Assembly: GCF_018350175.1 (NCBI RefSeq)
Contig: NC_058368.1
Span: forward strand, 127,722,001-127,786,000
Length of the DNA stretch: 64,000 nucleotides
Source of the DNA: Felis catus
Taxonomy: Eukaryota
Reading direction: 5' to 3'
Part shown: one piece after another, positions 26,297 through 39,862 of the stretch
How the letters are laid out: each line of letters starts with the position of its first letter
Numbering within the stretch: the stretch's first letter is position 1
The notes under the pieces: model-generated
The model's input: only the letters and a program-made list of their open reading frames with translations
Told to the model about the DNA's origin: nothing
Databases searched by the model: none
Program-made: the position numbers and the translations under genes

Positions 26297-26574
26297 TTAA
26301 GTTTTTAAATAGTACGAAGGAATAAAGAATTCAAGTAATGGAAGTGGCTATTGCACCTTCCCTACCTCCTTGGGATTCTATTTTGTCCTACAAAAGGATG
26401 AAATAGGACAAATATGGGATTGATACCAGGCCACAAATCTCCCATCCTATTCCTGGGTCTACCTCTATCTCTCTCCTGAACTTTTCTTATAAGAAAAGGT
26501 TTGACATCCCTAAACATCTAGACCTTAAAATGTTCAGTTTCTATATGTTAGATCAAATTCCTTTGCTCATCTTT

Positions 26575-26603
26575 AAATTTTTTTATGTTTATTTATTTTT
26601 GAG

Positions 26604-26646
<43 letters not shown>

Positions 26647-26812
26647 AAGGGAGGGGAAGAGAGAGAGAGAGAGACAGAGAGAGAATCTGAAGCAGGCTCC
26701 AGGCTCTGAGCTGTCAGCACAGAGCCCCACACGGGGCTCAAACTTAGGAGCCATGAGATCATGACCTAAGCCAAAGTTGGACACATAACTGACTGAGCCA
26801 CCCAGGCACCCC
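26575..26812 (-). mobile_element. CAN-SINE
   Basis: Reverse SINE body; degenerate TSD ttg(c/t)tcat(c/t)ttt. Confidence 0.95.
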
Positions 26813-26966
26813 CCAACCTTGTTCATTTTTTATAGTTGCCATCCCCAAATCAGAAGAGAGTGAAGTCAGGTAATCTGGTAGACATTAACACTTTCAGCTA
26901 TGGTTAAAAAAAAAAAAAGCTTAAATAAGGATTTTTCTCTGGGTCATGAAAAGATAGATGTGCTTT

Positions 26967-26971
<5 letters not shown>

Positions 26972-27021
<50 letters not shown>
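26972..27021. repeat. (TA)n microsatellite
   Basis: About 25 perfect units, seen directly. Confidence 0.98.
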
Positions 27022-27024
<3 letters not shown>

Positions 27025-27922
27025 TTTGACTTTTTACAATCTACAAATGTACTCTTTTGTACACCCTAACATAAAAAGTTAATCTCCTTATAAAACTCTC
27101 ATTAAATGGTATTCATACCAGCTTAACTTACTACAGGCCACAAAAGTATAATCTTGAAAAAGTTTAGATATTTTATTGTACCCTCTTCTGTTCTCAAATA
27201 AATTATAATACTGGTTTTAGCAATCTCTGAGAAATGCCATCTCTCTTCTTTTCTATCTAAAGAAATACTCATTTGCACCTACTTTTTTTCAAAGTCAATT
27301 CTTCTCTATCTTAAAAGACATCATCTTCATACTCATTCCTTTTTTATTTAACTTTTAAAAATAGTCTTTGGTACAAAAGTTTTAAACAATTTAAGGGTAT
27401 TGCACCTACCATCTTTTTTTTTTCAAAACTGATGTGTTCCCTACCCCCAGAAAATCCTAAAAGTTAGACATTATGTTCTCTTTAATGTTATTCCCCCTAA
27501 TATGCTAAGTGTCTGAAAACGTGGAAAGATTTAGGCAAGTTACATGAGGACTTGACTAATAACGTGGGAATGCATCTGTCTATGAAATGCTCCTTTTACA
27601 CACTTACGACCATCATATTTGGAGATAATTTCTCTAACAAGGCAGCGTCATGACTTGTCAGTGGACCTCTAGGCATAGTTTCTATACAAGCCAAGCCTAC
27701 CACACAGAACAGGCCACTAAAAGATCAGATACCACTTCCCTGGGAAAATGCTTTTCCTCAAAGTCAATGAATAAGGACACTCCTATCTCTCTTGGGAAGT
27801 CATAATGTAGGATTGGGCAATGCAGTCATATAGTGCTGAAGAAATGTTGGCTTTATGAAAATGCATCCTTTGTGTCCAGTACATCCCTGACCAGAGTATA
27901 GGCAGCCTTAGTCCCAAGGAAC

Positions 27923-28369
27923 ATGCTGTTGGTTGCAAACTGGCCTCACTAAAGATATGGCCCCTGAGAACCTGTGAATATGTACTTACTTGGGGGAAAA
28001 AAAAGGAACTTTGCAGATACAATTAAGTGTCTTGAGATATCATCCTGTATCAGGACCTTTCAGGACCCTAACTCCAATAATGAGTGTCATTACAAGAGAA
28101 GGGAAAAGGAGAAATACACAGAGAAAAAGGCCATATGAGGACAGGGGCAGAGATGGAGGTTATGCTTCGATAAACCGTAAAACCCTGGAGGCATGAGAAG
28201 CTAGGGCAGAGACAGAACGGACTCTCCCTAAAGCCCCCAGAAGGAATGAATCCCCTGGCACCTTCACTTCTGACTTGTGGCCTCCAGAACTGTGAGAGAA
28301 TAAATCTATGTTGACTTAAACCATCTGAATTACATTCACTGGTTAAAGCAGTCTTAGGAAACTAATATA
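27923..28369 (+). mobile_element. MaLR solo LTR (MLT1B/C-like)
   Basis: 'cctgtgaatatgtactt...ctttgcagat'; 'gacttgtggcctccagaactgtgagagaataaat...ggaaactaatata'. Confidence 0.9.
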
Positions 28370-29361
28370 AAATCAATGTTATTGTGGGGTTTGGGCTCCT
28401 TCAAAGTTATCTGTGCTGATAAAGGTGGAGAAAACCAGGAGGAAAAGATGTGCCATTGTTCAAAAAGATGATGTCCTTTATCATTGCATGCCAAAGCGGA
28501 AGCAGGACTTTTACTTACATTCAAAGAAAGAAATGACTGTTTTGAACAATGTGCAGAAATATGACTAAACACACTTTCATCTTGTATGCTAAAATACTGG
28601 CAGTTTTAGGTTTCAGGCAAGGAAAAAAACAAATTAAAGGGAAAAAAACCTTATTCTGGAGCTCAGTGATTGCCATAACAAATGCGACAAGCTTCTAATA
28701 TTTCAGGAATTCTTAATCTTGTCCTCCTTTTATTAAAGCTTTCAAAGAATACAAAAAAAAAAAAAAACCACTGCATTTGAGGTGAGATGTTCTATATGTA
28801 CTTTGCCATTTACAAATGAGACATTCCTGGGAAACAGATTTTAATCTAGATAACACTTCTCAAGAAGCGAGAATTATACAGAATATTATCTTTCCCATTT
28901 TGCCTATTGACATGCTTGTGCAAGGAAAACTTCATATAGGGAAATTTTAAAGTTTAAAATATGCTTATGGTAATTTCCACAGGTTTTGTAAAAATGTTTA
29001 TTTAGCCTCCTTTTGCTATATAAAAAAAGTACAATATAAGTTAGGGAGATAACTGTGTATTAAGTAATTTGTTGGACATGCTTCTCTGATTCTGCCACAC
29101 ATTCTAAATTGTAGCATGAAAAGCTATTTTGCTGTTAGCAACCATCACATTCACATAAGCTATGCATTTAGAAGCATAGGCATTATGACTTTCATGACAA
29201 TATAAATAGAAAACACGATTTTTTAACCCAAAGCTATAAAAAATTAAGTTCAACAGATAATTTATTGGTCACTGACCATAACAACAACAAAATAAATATG
29301 TTACGGTCACCACTATCAAAAAGATTCCTAATGTGACAGAATCGACAAGGAATAATAGTGA

Positions 29362-29595
29362 AAGCTAACATTTACTGACAATTTACTGTATGGTAGGTCC
29401 TGTTTAAGAGCTTTATATACATCATCACATTTAACTCTAACAAAAATCATGACATAGCTACATTAAATATCCCCATTTTATAGATGAGGAAATTGATGCA
29501 GAGCAGGGGTAAGTAACCTGCCCAGGGACAAACAGCTTGTAAGAGGAAATCTGATGTTCCAGTTTGAACTTTAAGATAGTAAACTATACTGGCCT
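29362..29595 (-). mobile_element. MIR SINE
   Basis: Reverse core 'ccccattttatagatgaggaaattgatgcagag...aagtaacctgcccagg'. Confidence 0.85.
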
Positions 29596-31007
29596 CCCAC
29601 CATCATGAGTAACCAAAGACTGTGATAAGTGCTTTTATGCTCTAGAAATATAAAAAAGGAAATGATGATTTATTACAACTTGGGGCTATCTGGAAAGCCT
29701 GTACATACCAAGTTGCTTCTGCACTGAGCTTTGAAAGACAGAGAAAGTTTACAGCATGGAAGATAAAGCATTTCAGCTAGAGAGATTAGTGAACAAAATT
29801 TGGAAACCTCTACTGAGCACTTCCTCCAGAAGGGTTTTGTGTAGTTCCAGGCCATAATGAAAATTTCCACATTCCAATTTCCACCACCCATCTCCCATTT
29901 CCAAAGAATGGCTACTCCTTCTAGAAACTATGAGGTCTCCTCTTTCTGGTGGCAACATGAGAATTCTGGAGACCTTCCCAAACTTCATGGGACTCAGAGA
30001 CTTGAAGGTGGTTATCTGGTCCTCTACACCATTGTTCTCAAACAAGATTCACGGAATCTGTATCTGGAACATCTTGTACTGCACCCATAATGCCTCAAAT
30101 TCAAGTAATTTTCCTCTCATTCAAAGTCCTGACCCTGGTCAAATGAATTCAGTGGTTTTGATTGCTAGCACTAAGGCAGGGGAAAATATTACACTCTCAA
30201 AAGATACTTCCATAATTACCGATATTATCTCTAAACTAATGTGCCATTTACTCTTCACAATGAAAGTTTTAAAGTTTTGATTTTCTATCTCTTCAATTAA
30301 AGTATAACTGTATGGAACTGACTCCAAAGTAGATACAATGATATTCAGGAAGGAAAATCATGGTATCAAGTAGGTTTGGGGGTACCGCAATAAACATTGT
30401 ACGCAACTAAAAGTTTAATAATGTTCACCAGAGTAACTTTTTTGTACTCCAACATTTTAAACTCGTACTGAGACCAGGGCTCCTACTGTGTACCAGGACT
30501 CTAAATAAATGATTTCACAGAATTTTTCTAAATCCTCACGTTTTTATGAGGTAGATTTTTATCATACTTATTTTGTAGGGCAGGTGTATGAGGTTCCCCA
30601 AGGAAACTGCTTCCCTAAAGTCACAACTCATATATGATGGATTAAGGTTTGAATTCTTTTTTCCCCCAAATTGTAGTAAATAAAATGATTGCATAATATG
30701 GTCTTTCCTAAATATGTTTGCAACCTAGATGGAAACAAATGAGATATATATAAAAATAGGTGGGTAAGATTTTGCCTATCTCATAGGGCTGTGGTTACGC
30801 CCCACCCAAAAATAAGACAAGACAAAACAAAACAAACCTTAATCTGGTTGACCCAAAACAACTGCAGGACTGCAGAATCCTACTGAGGGACAGACTGGCT
30901 CTCAAGCTTAGGAAAACATGTAAAAACTAATTCATTTATGGAGGGAGAGGCTCTTGTGTGTTTAATCTACACTGTCAAGGTTTAAACAACAATGAAAAAA
31001 TGGTGAG

Positions 31008-31200
31008 CAGTGCCTGGGTGGCTCAGTCAGTTTAGCATCTCACCTCAGCTCAGGTCATGATCTCAGGTTTCCTGAGATTGAGCCCTGCATTGGGCTCTGT
31101 GCTGACGATGCAGAGCTAGCTTGGGATTCTCTCTCTCCCTCTCTGTCTTCCCTTTCTCCATGCACACACACTCTCTCAAAGTAAATAAACTTTAAAAAAA
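31008..31200 (+). mobile_element. CAN-SINE
   Basis: SINE body; TSD aaaaaat(g/a)gtga. Confidence 0.93.
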
Positions 31201-32899
31201 TAGTGAAACATTCGGCATAAGTAAGAGTATTTGAACTCTGGCATTTTGTGAGGGTTTATGGTAGAAGAGGTGGGAGAGGAAAGGCCTGAAGATGGGGAGC
31301 CCCAAGGGAATGGAGTTTGTAAGAGACTGTCTGATAAATGTCTAAGAACTCTGATTCTAGCATTCAGATTACAGTTGACTTCTGCTTGTGCTATAATTAG
31401 CCTGCATTACCCTAAAACTTTCAGTAAAAGTCTATTACTGGCAAGAACCTGCTGTTAGTGGTGGTTTTGAGTAATAATAGAGAAGAGGTGGACTCCTACA
31501 GTTGCAGACAGTGGCCAACAGAAAAAAAGCTGAGGCCTCAGGCAGAGCTAGAAGAAGCTGCTAGGAGCCAGGTAAGTGAAAAGAAGTGGCTTTTGGAGTT
31601 AAACAATTTGGAAGTGATACGTGGCAACTCTACCTTCCCCTAAATGTAGTAGAGGAATATGAACCTAGAGGAAAGGAGGGAAGTCAGATTTGTCATTCCA
31701 GGGGATGGGGTTGGAGCCATAGTCTTTGGATATTAAGGTAAGCAGGAATGCCAGAGAGTTGGAGGACTGGGGACATTTATATGGCAGACATAACATAAAG
31801 CATAGTGTGAAATGTCATCTAAACAACACTGAAACATGTAGCGGTCCAGAGGAGGAAGAATTCCTTTCAAGTAAGGGGACAGAGAACATACCACAAGAGA
31901 TGCAGCATTGCATGTAGGCCTTGAGAGATACATAGCATTGTGTCATGCAGGCATCGATGTAACGGCTTTCAGCTCAGAGCAAAAGTGGCATGAAGGCTGA
32001 GAATGTCAATGCATATTCCAGAAACTGGAGGATTCAGACTAACTTCAATCAGCGCATACTTCAAAGCAATGGAAGACATGAGTGGGGAAAAAAAAAGATC
32101 CAAGTTAGAGCAGGGTTTCAATGTCAGAATAAGGAGTTAGAGAATTATGCCACAACAAACGACAAGTCACTGGAAGTTTTGATAAAGGGAGTAAAATAAT
32201 GCGGTATGGTTGGCAGAGGGCCGGCAGTCTAGAGATAAGAAGTAGGACGACTTTGGTTTTTACCATGTTGAGTTGGAAGAGTGGCAGGTCCTAAATATGG
32301 AATCCATGGAGCACACATGATTAAGACTTAGGTAAGCCTTCAGGATAAAGAGAGTGATCTACAAATAAAATCATTTCTTCAGGCCTTAGGAATCACTAGT
32401 GATTCCAAATAACACTCAAGTGATTCCCAAGGCCTGAAGTGATGAGTGACACTGGATGCAAGTTCCCACGAACGGTGTCAGAGAGATGAGGAGATGCCAA
32501 AAAACAGGATGTGGGCATAACTTACAGGGTGAGAACTGGAAATTCAAGGAAGTATACATCAGAAAACAAAGAGAGCTTTTCAGGAAGGATGAGATGATAT
32601 AATAGGTTACAGAGGATAGATACTGAGAAATAAATACATTTGGGAGAACACTACTTTCCCATTTGATGGAAAAGGGCTAGAAAATAAAACCACTGTGAAT
32701 GATTTAGGAATACACAACATATGGAGAAACAAACTGAAGCATTTAAATTTAAAATGTGTTAAATTTTTTCCCATTGGTATTTTAAAAAAGAAAGTTTTGC
32801 ATTCAGAGTATATTTGAGTGAATAAAAAAAACATGGACTCACAAGCAAAACAAAAAAACAGCAAAAAACTTCAAAGTCACCATTGCTAACAGCATCTAC

Positions 32900-33066
32900 A
32901 CCCTTTGTACTCAAAAAATGGTCTGAAGACTAGCAGTGTCACAATCATCTGGGAACTTATTAAAAATGCAGAATTCCAGGTCCCACCCTAGACTTCCTGA
33001 GTTAGAACCTGCATTTTAACATCCTGCTGAGATGATTCAATCATTAAAGTTTGAGAAGCCATGCTG
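32900..33066. mobile_element. MER5A-like MITE
   Basis: 'catctgggaacttattaaaaatgcagaattccaggtcccaccctagac...aaagtttgagaagcc'. Confidence 0.85.
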
Positions 33067-33330
33067 TGCATAATACAATTCTGTCCACGCATCAGCTTAG
33101 GATATATATGACCACTATGTTCAACAATGCATTTATGAAATCCTCACTTCACACTGTGAGATAACAACCAGGCTGCATGCCTAGTTTTTAGTTCTCAAGT
33201 CCATCACTGAATAGCTGTGAGAAAATCTCACTCACCAATCTCCGTAGTCACATCCAGTCCTATGATTCTGTTAGCTTAAATAAATCAAATTTAGGGTTTA
33301 TGATCCCTGCTCTTTAGAAATTGTAATGTA

Positions 33331-33552
33331 GGGGTGCCTGGATGACTCAGTCAGTTAAGCATCTGACTGCTGATTTTGGCTCAGGTCATGATCTCTCGGT
33401 TAGGTTTGTGAGGTGGGATTGAACCCAGTGGAGGGCTCTGCACTGACAGCACAGAGTCTGCTTGGGATTCTATCTCTCTCACTCTGTCTCTGCCCCCCTC
33501 TTCTCTCTCTCTCTCTCTCTCTCTCAAAATAAATAAATAAACTTAAAAGAAA
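33331..33552 (+). mobile_element. CAN-SINE
   Basis: TSD agaa(at/tc)tgtaatgt. Confidence 0.95.
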
Positions 33553-33794
33553 AGAATCTGTAATGTTAACGGTGACTTCATGATGAAAGGAGGGACGTTA
33601 AGGGCATATATTACACTAAAGGAAAAATGTACCAACCAAATATCTTGCAGTGACAAATTTAAAGAAGGAAATTTTTAGAGTTCTGAGTTTGAAGAGAAAC
33701 TGCTATTACTTGTTCCTCCAAAGAATGTAAGGATTTCTGGAAAGAGCAGTTTCTTAATGCAAAAGAGGAAGCTCTGCAAACCTCTAATAAGGAC

Positions 33795-34000
33795 AGTAAA
33801 TGGCGCATGTGGAATGCTAACCATGGGCCACATACACCACATGCATGTCTCCTTTAATACTCAAAACAACTCTAAGAGGCAGGCAGCATTATTATTATCT
33901 CCACTTACAGATATGCAAACTGAGGCTCAAGAACTTAGTAACTAGAACAAGGTCATACAGCTTATAAGAGACAGAGCTGAGATTTATTTGACTGGAAAAG
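33795..34000 (-). mobile_element. MIR SINE
   Basis: 'attattatctccacttacagatatgcaaactgaggctcaag'. Confidence 0.8.
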
Positions 34001-34205
34001 CAGAATTCTCAAGTATGATACAATCAAATGAGGGGTTAGGGAAGGAAATAATGTAACTAATAATAGGTAATGTCTAGTAAGTACCTACTATATACCAATC
34101 ATCATTTTAAGGGCTCAGCATATATTAATACATTCAATCGTCACAAGCACACTATCAGGCACAATTATAGTGCCTATAAACAATTACCTCGTTTTATAGG
34201 TAAGC

Positions 34206-34583
34206 GTAGTACTCAGCTCAGGCTGCCACAACAAAATACCATAGACGGGGTGGTTTAAACAACAAAAATTTATTTTGTCCAATTTTGGAAGCTGGAAGTC
34301 TGAGATCAGGGTGCCACTATGGTTAGATTCTGGTGAGAACTCTTTTCCTGATTATAGAGGGCTGCCATCTTGCTGTGTGCTTGGGTGAGTGCACATAAGG
34401 AAAAAGAGAGCTCCTTCTCTTCCTCTTCCTCTATGGCCACCAGTCCTATCAGATTAGGACCTTACCACTATGCTTTCATTTAACCTTAATTACCTCCTAA
34501 AAGTCTTATCTCCAAACACACTCACATTGGACATTAGGGCTTCAACATAATGAATTTTTCAGGAATACAATTAGTCTGTAGCA
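34206..34583 (-). mobile_element. MaLR solo LTR (MLT1A-like) inserted in a MIR (~34055-34705)
   Basis: 'ggctgccacaacaaaataccatagacggggtggtttaaacaac...gctggaagtctgagatcagggtgcc'; the MIR breaks at 'gttttatagg' and resumes after 34585. Confidence 0.85.
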
Positions 34584-35671
34584 GTAAAGAACTATTGTAT
34601 GAGCATGATTAAATGAATTTCTCAAGATCACCCGGTGGTGAATGGCAGAGTTTCAATTTAAATCTTGGCAGCTGCCCCTAGAGACCACATTCAGCCACTA
34701 TACTATGATCCCTCTAAGGATCAATGAACAGAGGGCATATTAAACATGGAACAGCTCTCTCCATTAATGGCTGCTCTGTAGTCAATATTTTATTGTGATT
34801 TTTGTTTAACAAATACTTTTATGCAAATATAATCTTCCATAAATATCTGTTGCCTACTATTAGAACTCTAGTGGTATAGCTTTTCTTTTTCTTTTCCAAA
34901 GCTAGTACAACTAACAAAAGTAAGGCGGGACAAAATAGGTTAATTTGTATTGACTGAGTGATACTAGCTTCTAGGGACAGATTTACCGAATGACATCCTT
35001 CAACTGCATCCAGGTTTCCATAAAATCTATTATTCTATATTATCCTTCAGTTTATATCATTGTTAATGGTCTCTGCACTCAGTTTAAGTCCCTACAATTG
35101 CCAATTAAAGGTGAGATCAAAGGCATTCAACTCACAGGCTGGCAGAGCACTGGTGTTTCCCTGCTCATGAATTGAAAGAGGGCTGAAAAGAGGGAGTAGG
35201 TCAGGTCTTGGTCTTTCTGGACTGCTGTGCCCACCAAAAACAGCCTTGGAGAAATGCAGTTGTAAATATGGAATTCCAGAAATGAACAAAGTGCAACCAA
35301 GTCAAGGTGATTGACAAATCTGAAGTTATATACTGAATTCCTCACATTGAGGATATCTCCACACTAAGTCCAAAATAGTTGAGAGGAGTTCAGATATGCT
35401 AATGGTCAACTCTGTCACTCCACCCTTTCTCCCATGGTCCCTCAGCACCTGTTTTCCAGTTCAGCAAGGTGGATCGCTCTTCACTCTGACTCAGACACAT
35501 GCTTATACATACTTTCTACTTATGTTCCTGGTGTTTCTTCTACTGGCAATGGCTTTTCACCCAGAGTATACAAAATTCATCCTTTAGCCCAGTTGAACTG
35601 CATCCTCATGAAATTTTTACTATTCCTTCAAATTCAAGTTGAACTTTAACACATACAGCTGTACACTAATA

Positions 35672-36122
35672 TGCCAGTGGGGAGACTTCTAATGGTCACA
35701 CACATCTGATTCTTCTTTCTTTCTCAGTGCATGAAAGAACCATATTTCTTTGCCTTCTTTACAGATGGGCAGGACCCTGAGACTAGTTCTGATGAATGGA
35801 TTGTATATGGAGATGAAATATGTCACTTCCTTATGGAAATACTTAATCACCAGAGTGAAACCAGTCTTTTTTCTCTTTCCCTGGCCCCTGAAAAATATTC
35901 CAGATGGTAACTTCCGTCACCCTGGGTCCAAGAATAAAGATGAGATGGAACAGAGTATCCTGAAAAAGCACAATGGTAATTCAGCACGAGTGAGATATAA
36001 AGTTTTGTTATTTTAAGCCTCTATAATTTGTGAGTATATGTGGCTTTGTGGGGAGGAGAAATAGGACGGTAAGGGAGACAGCGTGTTATTACAGCAGAAC
36101 CTCATTTATTCTAACTAATATA
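35672..36122 (+). mobile_element. MaLR solo LTR (MLT1I/J-like)
   Basis: 'gagactagttctgatgaatgga...tgtcacttcc'; 3' end 'tgttattacagcagaacc...ctaactaata'. Confidence 0.7.
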
Positions 36123-36140
36123 GTATACTCTGGCTTTGAG

Positions 36141-36142
<2 letters not shown>

Positions 36143-36191
<49 letters not shown>
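36143..36191. repeat. (TA)n microsatellite
   Basis: Seen directly. Confidence 0.98.
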
Positions 36192-36193
<2 letters not shown>

Positions 36194-36745
36194 TATTACT
36201 AAGAGCCGTCATGTATTCCACACTCAACAATCTATAAGAGTACCTACTGTGGCTTGGCCAATGGCTTAGGCACTGAGGATATAATGGTGAACAAAACATA
36301 TAAAGTCACTGACCTGAGGGTGATCATAATCTAGTAAAGGAGATAAATGTCCATCAAATAATTACACGAATAAATGTAAAGTTTAAAACAAAAACAGAGC
36401 CATGAAGAAAAAAATACAACTGACCTAGTTGGTAGGACTGCAGTGAGGTCTCAAGAAAGAAAGCCTTCTTGAGAAAGTGATTTTTGAGCTAAGTTATGCA
36501 GATAATTAAGAGTAGACTAAGAAAGACAGGCAGGAGTGAGGAGGAAGAAAAGCATCTCAGGCAGAGGATACAGCATGTATGTGTGTCCTCAGGCACTAGG
36601 TAACATAACTAATGAAAAACAAAGAAACCAGTGGGATGGGGAGTGAGCACAAAGAACCCTGTAGGCCAAGCTAAGAATTGTAGACTTTATCATAAAAGTA
36701 AATGGATGGAAGCCATGGAAAAATTTAAAGAGAGCAGGGAAAGGG

Positions 36746-37660
36746 TGTCATTGCAACCTCACTGTGACATGATGAAGTGCTTTCCCAAGGTTAAGGTCCA
36801 TTATCAGAACTCATAGCACTAGACCTTTGGTATGATCAAAGAAAGATTTATTACTCAAACAGGCGGGGAGTTTCACCAAATCAAGGGGCAAAGGACAGTC
36901 CTATGGAAGGAGATCCATAACAGAGACAGAACAAAGAACAAAGAGCCATTTTATGAAGGAGAAGTCCCTCTAGAGGCACTCATCTAGCACAAAATTTTGC
37001 AAGGAAGAGTGTGTGCTTAGGGGTAGATGGGCTGAGATTTAACAGGGTGCTGCACACTCTCAACAATAGCCAAATTATGGAAAGAGACTAAATGTCTACC
37101 AACTGATGAATGGATTAAAAAATTGTGGTTTATATACACAATGGAGTACTACGTGACAATGAGAAAAAATGAAATATGGCTCTTTGTAGCGACGTGGATG
37201 GAACCGGAGAGTGTTATGCTAAGTGAAATAAGCCATACACAGAAAGACAGATACCATATGGTTTCACTCTTATGTGGATCCTGAGAAACTTAACAGAAAC
37301 CCATGGGGGAGGGGAAGGAAAAAAAAAAAGAGGTTAGGATGGGAGAGAGCCAAAGCATAAGAGACTCTTAAAAACTGAGAACAAACTGAGGGTTGATGGG
37401 GGGTGGGAGGGAGGGGAGGGTGGGTGATGGGTATTGAGGAGGGCACCTTTTGGGATGAGCACTGGGTGTTGTATGGAAACCAATTTGACAATAAACTTCA
37501 TATATTGAAAAAAAAAGACTTTTCAAACATCAAAAAAAATAAATAAATAACAGGGTGCTGCAGGAAATGGCAAAAACAGGCAGGAAATGAGTCCTTAGAG
37601 ACTGTCAGCATGAAATCAAACATTACTGAAGGTACAGGCTTCTTTCCCATGGTCTCTATA
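36746..37660 (-). mobile_element. Probable ERV solo LTR, split by an L1
   Basis: Non-L2 insert starting with TG; reverse poly(A) signal 'tttatt' near 36847; family not recognised. Confidence 0.45.
37055..37547 (+). mobile_element. Young 5'-truncated felid LINE-1
   Basis: L1 ORF2 end and 3'UTR with G-rich tract; perfect 15-bp TSD taacagggtgctgca (37040-37054 and 37548-37562). Confidence 0.95.
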
Positions 37661-37854
37661 ATGGAGGAACACACAATCAGATTAGACTGAAATTCAAAGG
37701 GTTTTTCTGGCTACATTCTAGAAACTGTATTGCACACCAGTTATGAGGGTATCCGAACTTGGGAACCCATTAGAATTTTGCAGTAGTGCCAGTGAAAGAT
37801 GATAAAAGACTAGACTAGAGTGCAGGTGGTAGAGGTAGAGAGAGGACATGGGAC

Positions 37855-38782
37855 ATAAATTGCTCTACAAACTAATACAACCAAACAGAAGCTCCTTTGA
37901 AGGAATCATTTCTAAGGTCAGTTGTGCACATCTGCTCTGTCTCCAGCAGTGGTTCTCTCCTAAAAAGTAGCCTTCAATTTAACCTGTATCTTCACTCTCT
38001 TCCCAATGCCTTTCACCACAGCCTCCACTGTTCTTGAGAACATTCTTACCCTTGAACTCCTTCGTGTTCTGTTGCAAATGAAGTCAGTTCCTTTGGGAAG
38101 AGATTAAGAACTATTTATTGTATGGAATGGTTCTCCTCTGAGGCAAAATCTCTCAACCAGGGCTCTGGAGATAGGGGTGGAGACAATATCAGCTTTTCTA
38201 TCTGAGTGACCGACATTCCCACTCTCACAGCTAAGCTGGGTGAGTGGTACCCTGAGGTCCTCTATACTCATCTCTGTTGGTGTGGAACCACTACCTAAGG
38301 AGCCCAGGGAAAAGTAATGATGACTTCAGCATTTTAGCATGCTGTGCCGAGCTAGCATCTCCATTCTACAGTTCGAGGTAGATTGGAAAAGGGAGCACCC
38401 TACATCCTGAATGCACTCCCCACAGTGCTTAGACAGCCATAGGTAACTGGGGAAGAACACTGAAACTTTGAAGTCCTACTCCTTCCAGAAAGAAAGTTCT
38501 CTGGTTGGGAGCTTTGAGGAGAGGGAGTGCTGTGTTCTTGACTATACCAGTCTGTACAATGGTGCCTCCACTAACCCAACTGAAACGGGGGTCAGATGGA
38601 GAGGTCTCAGTTCAAATGCCACAGACTTTCCCCCTTTTTACTGAATTCTTATAGGTGTTCTTGTATAGATGTTTCTTCATTTGCTATTTGTCCTTAGGAC
38701 CTTTTCCAGTGACTTTTTAAAAGTTTTGAATAGTTTTCACTAGTTTCACTGGGGAGCAGGTCAATGTCATGGCAGAAGTCTA
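37855..38782 (-). mobile_element. Old LINE-1 5' region (L1MC/ME-type)
   Basis: Ends 'ttttcactagtttcactggggagcagg...gtcatggcagaagtc', resembling the reverse of old L1M 5' termini. Confidence 0.55.
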
Positions 38783-39305
38783 TCTCCTCCCTCTATTTCT
38801 GTCTTGGGTAGGCCCCTCTCATACTGTTTTTGGGCATTGGCCTAGACCTTGCTTGAAAATCACTTGCTCTCTGCGGCTTGCCCTCTCTTAATGCTGGGAA
38901 TATTTTTACCCCCATTTGAACAAGCCTGAGCTCTCTCCTACAGAATGGTGATTCCACATGGAGTCAGAGAACCTAGCTATCCCAGGTGTTGCAGATGTCA
39001 CATACTAGACAAGAGAGAGTGGTGTAAGAAGGGCCAAGAGAAGATATCATTCCAAAGACAAGATGCTAAAAGCACTGAATTCTTCTGAGATATCAAAAGA
39101 AGGATTGGAAAGTTCACTGTATTTAAAAGTATTGAGACTACTGTTCATCTGAAAAAGACCCATTTTATTAATGAAGTGGGGACAAGAGACAAAGCATAAC
39201 AGATGCAGGAGTGATGAGAAAGTGAGGAAGCCGAGCCAAAAAGACGAGGCAAAACTGTGAGAAGAAGCAGTTTTGCAGAGCAGAGGAGATGGTTGGTTGT
39301 GAGAG

Positions 39306-39497
39306 CAGTGGTTCTCAACTGGGGGAGATTTTGCTCCATATGGGACATGTGACCATGTCTAGAGATATTTTTGACTGTCACAAATAGGAAGGGTGTACTT
39401 TCATGGGCAGAGGCCCCAGACGCTGCTAAACATCCTACTATGCACAGAACAGTTCACAATAATGAACTACCCAGCCCACAGTATCAAGAGAAACTCT
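39306..39497. mobile_element. MER20 hAT-Charlie MITE
   Basis: 'cagtggttctcaactgggggagattttgc...gctgctaaacatcctac'. Confidence 0.9.
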
Positions 39498-39641
39498 AAC
39501 AAAGAAATAAGTGAGTGAAAGCAAACTTTGTTTTGTTTTGTTGTTTATTTCTTTGTTTTAAACACAGACAATAACTGAATATATTTTGATTCTCATGGAA
39601 AGTATCTAACTGAGAGGAAGAGGTTGAAAGTACAGAAAAGA

Positions 39642-39825
39642 GGGGCGCCTGGGTGGCGCAGTCGGTTAAGCGTCCGACTTCAGCCAGGTCATGATCTCGC
39701 GGTCCGTGAGTTCGAGCCCTGCGTCAGGCTCTGGGCTGATGGCTCAGAGCCTGGAGCCTGTTTCCAGTTCTGTGTCTCCTTCTCTCTTTGCCCCTCCCCC
39801 GTTCATGCTCTGTCTCTCTCTGTCC

Positions 39826-39860
<35 letters not shown>

Positions 39861-39862
39861 AC
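39642..39862 (+). mobile_element. Very young CAN-SINE (SINEC_Fc-type)
   Basis: CpG-rich body, long pure A run, perfect flanking repeat gttgaaagtacagaaaaga. Confidence 0.97.

Larger units (their letters stand above)
36215..39620 (-). mobile_element. Fragmented L2 scaffold carrying nested LTR, L1 and MER20 insertions
   Basis: Collinear reverse L2 pieces at ~36215-36745, ~37670-37850 and ~39000-39620. Confidence 0.65.
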
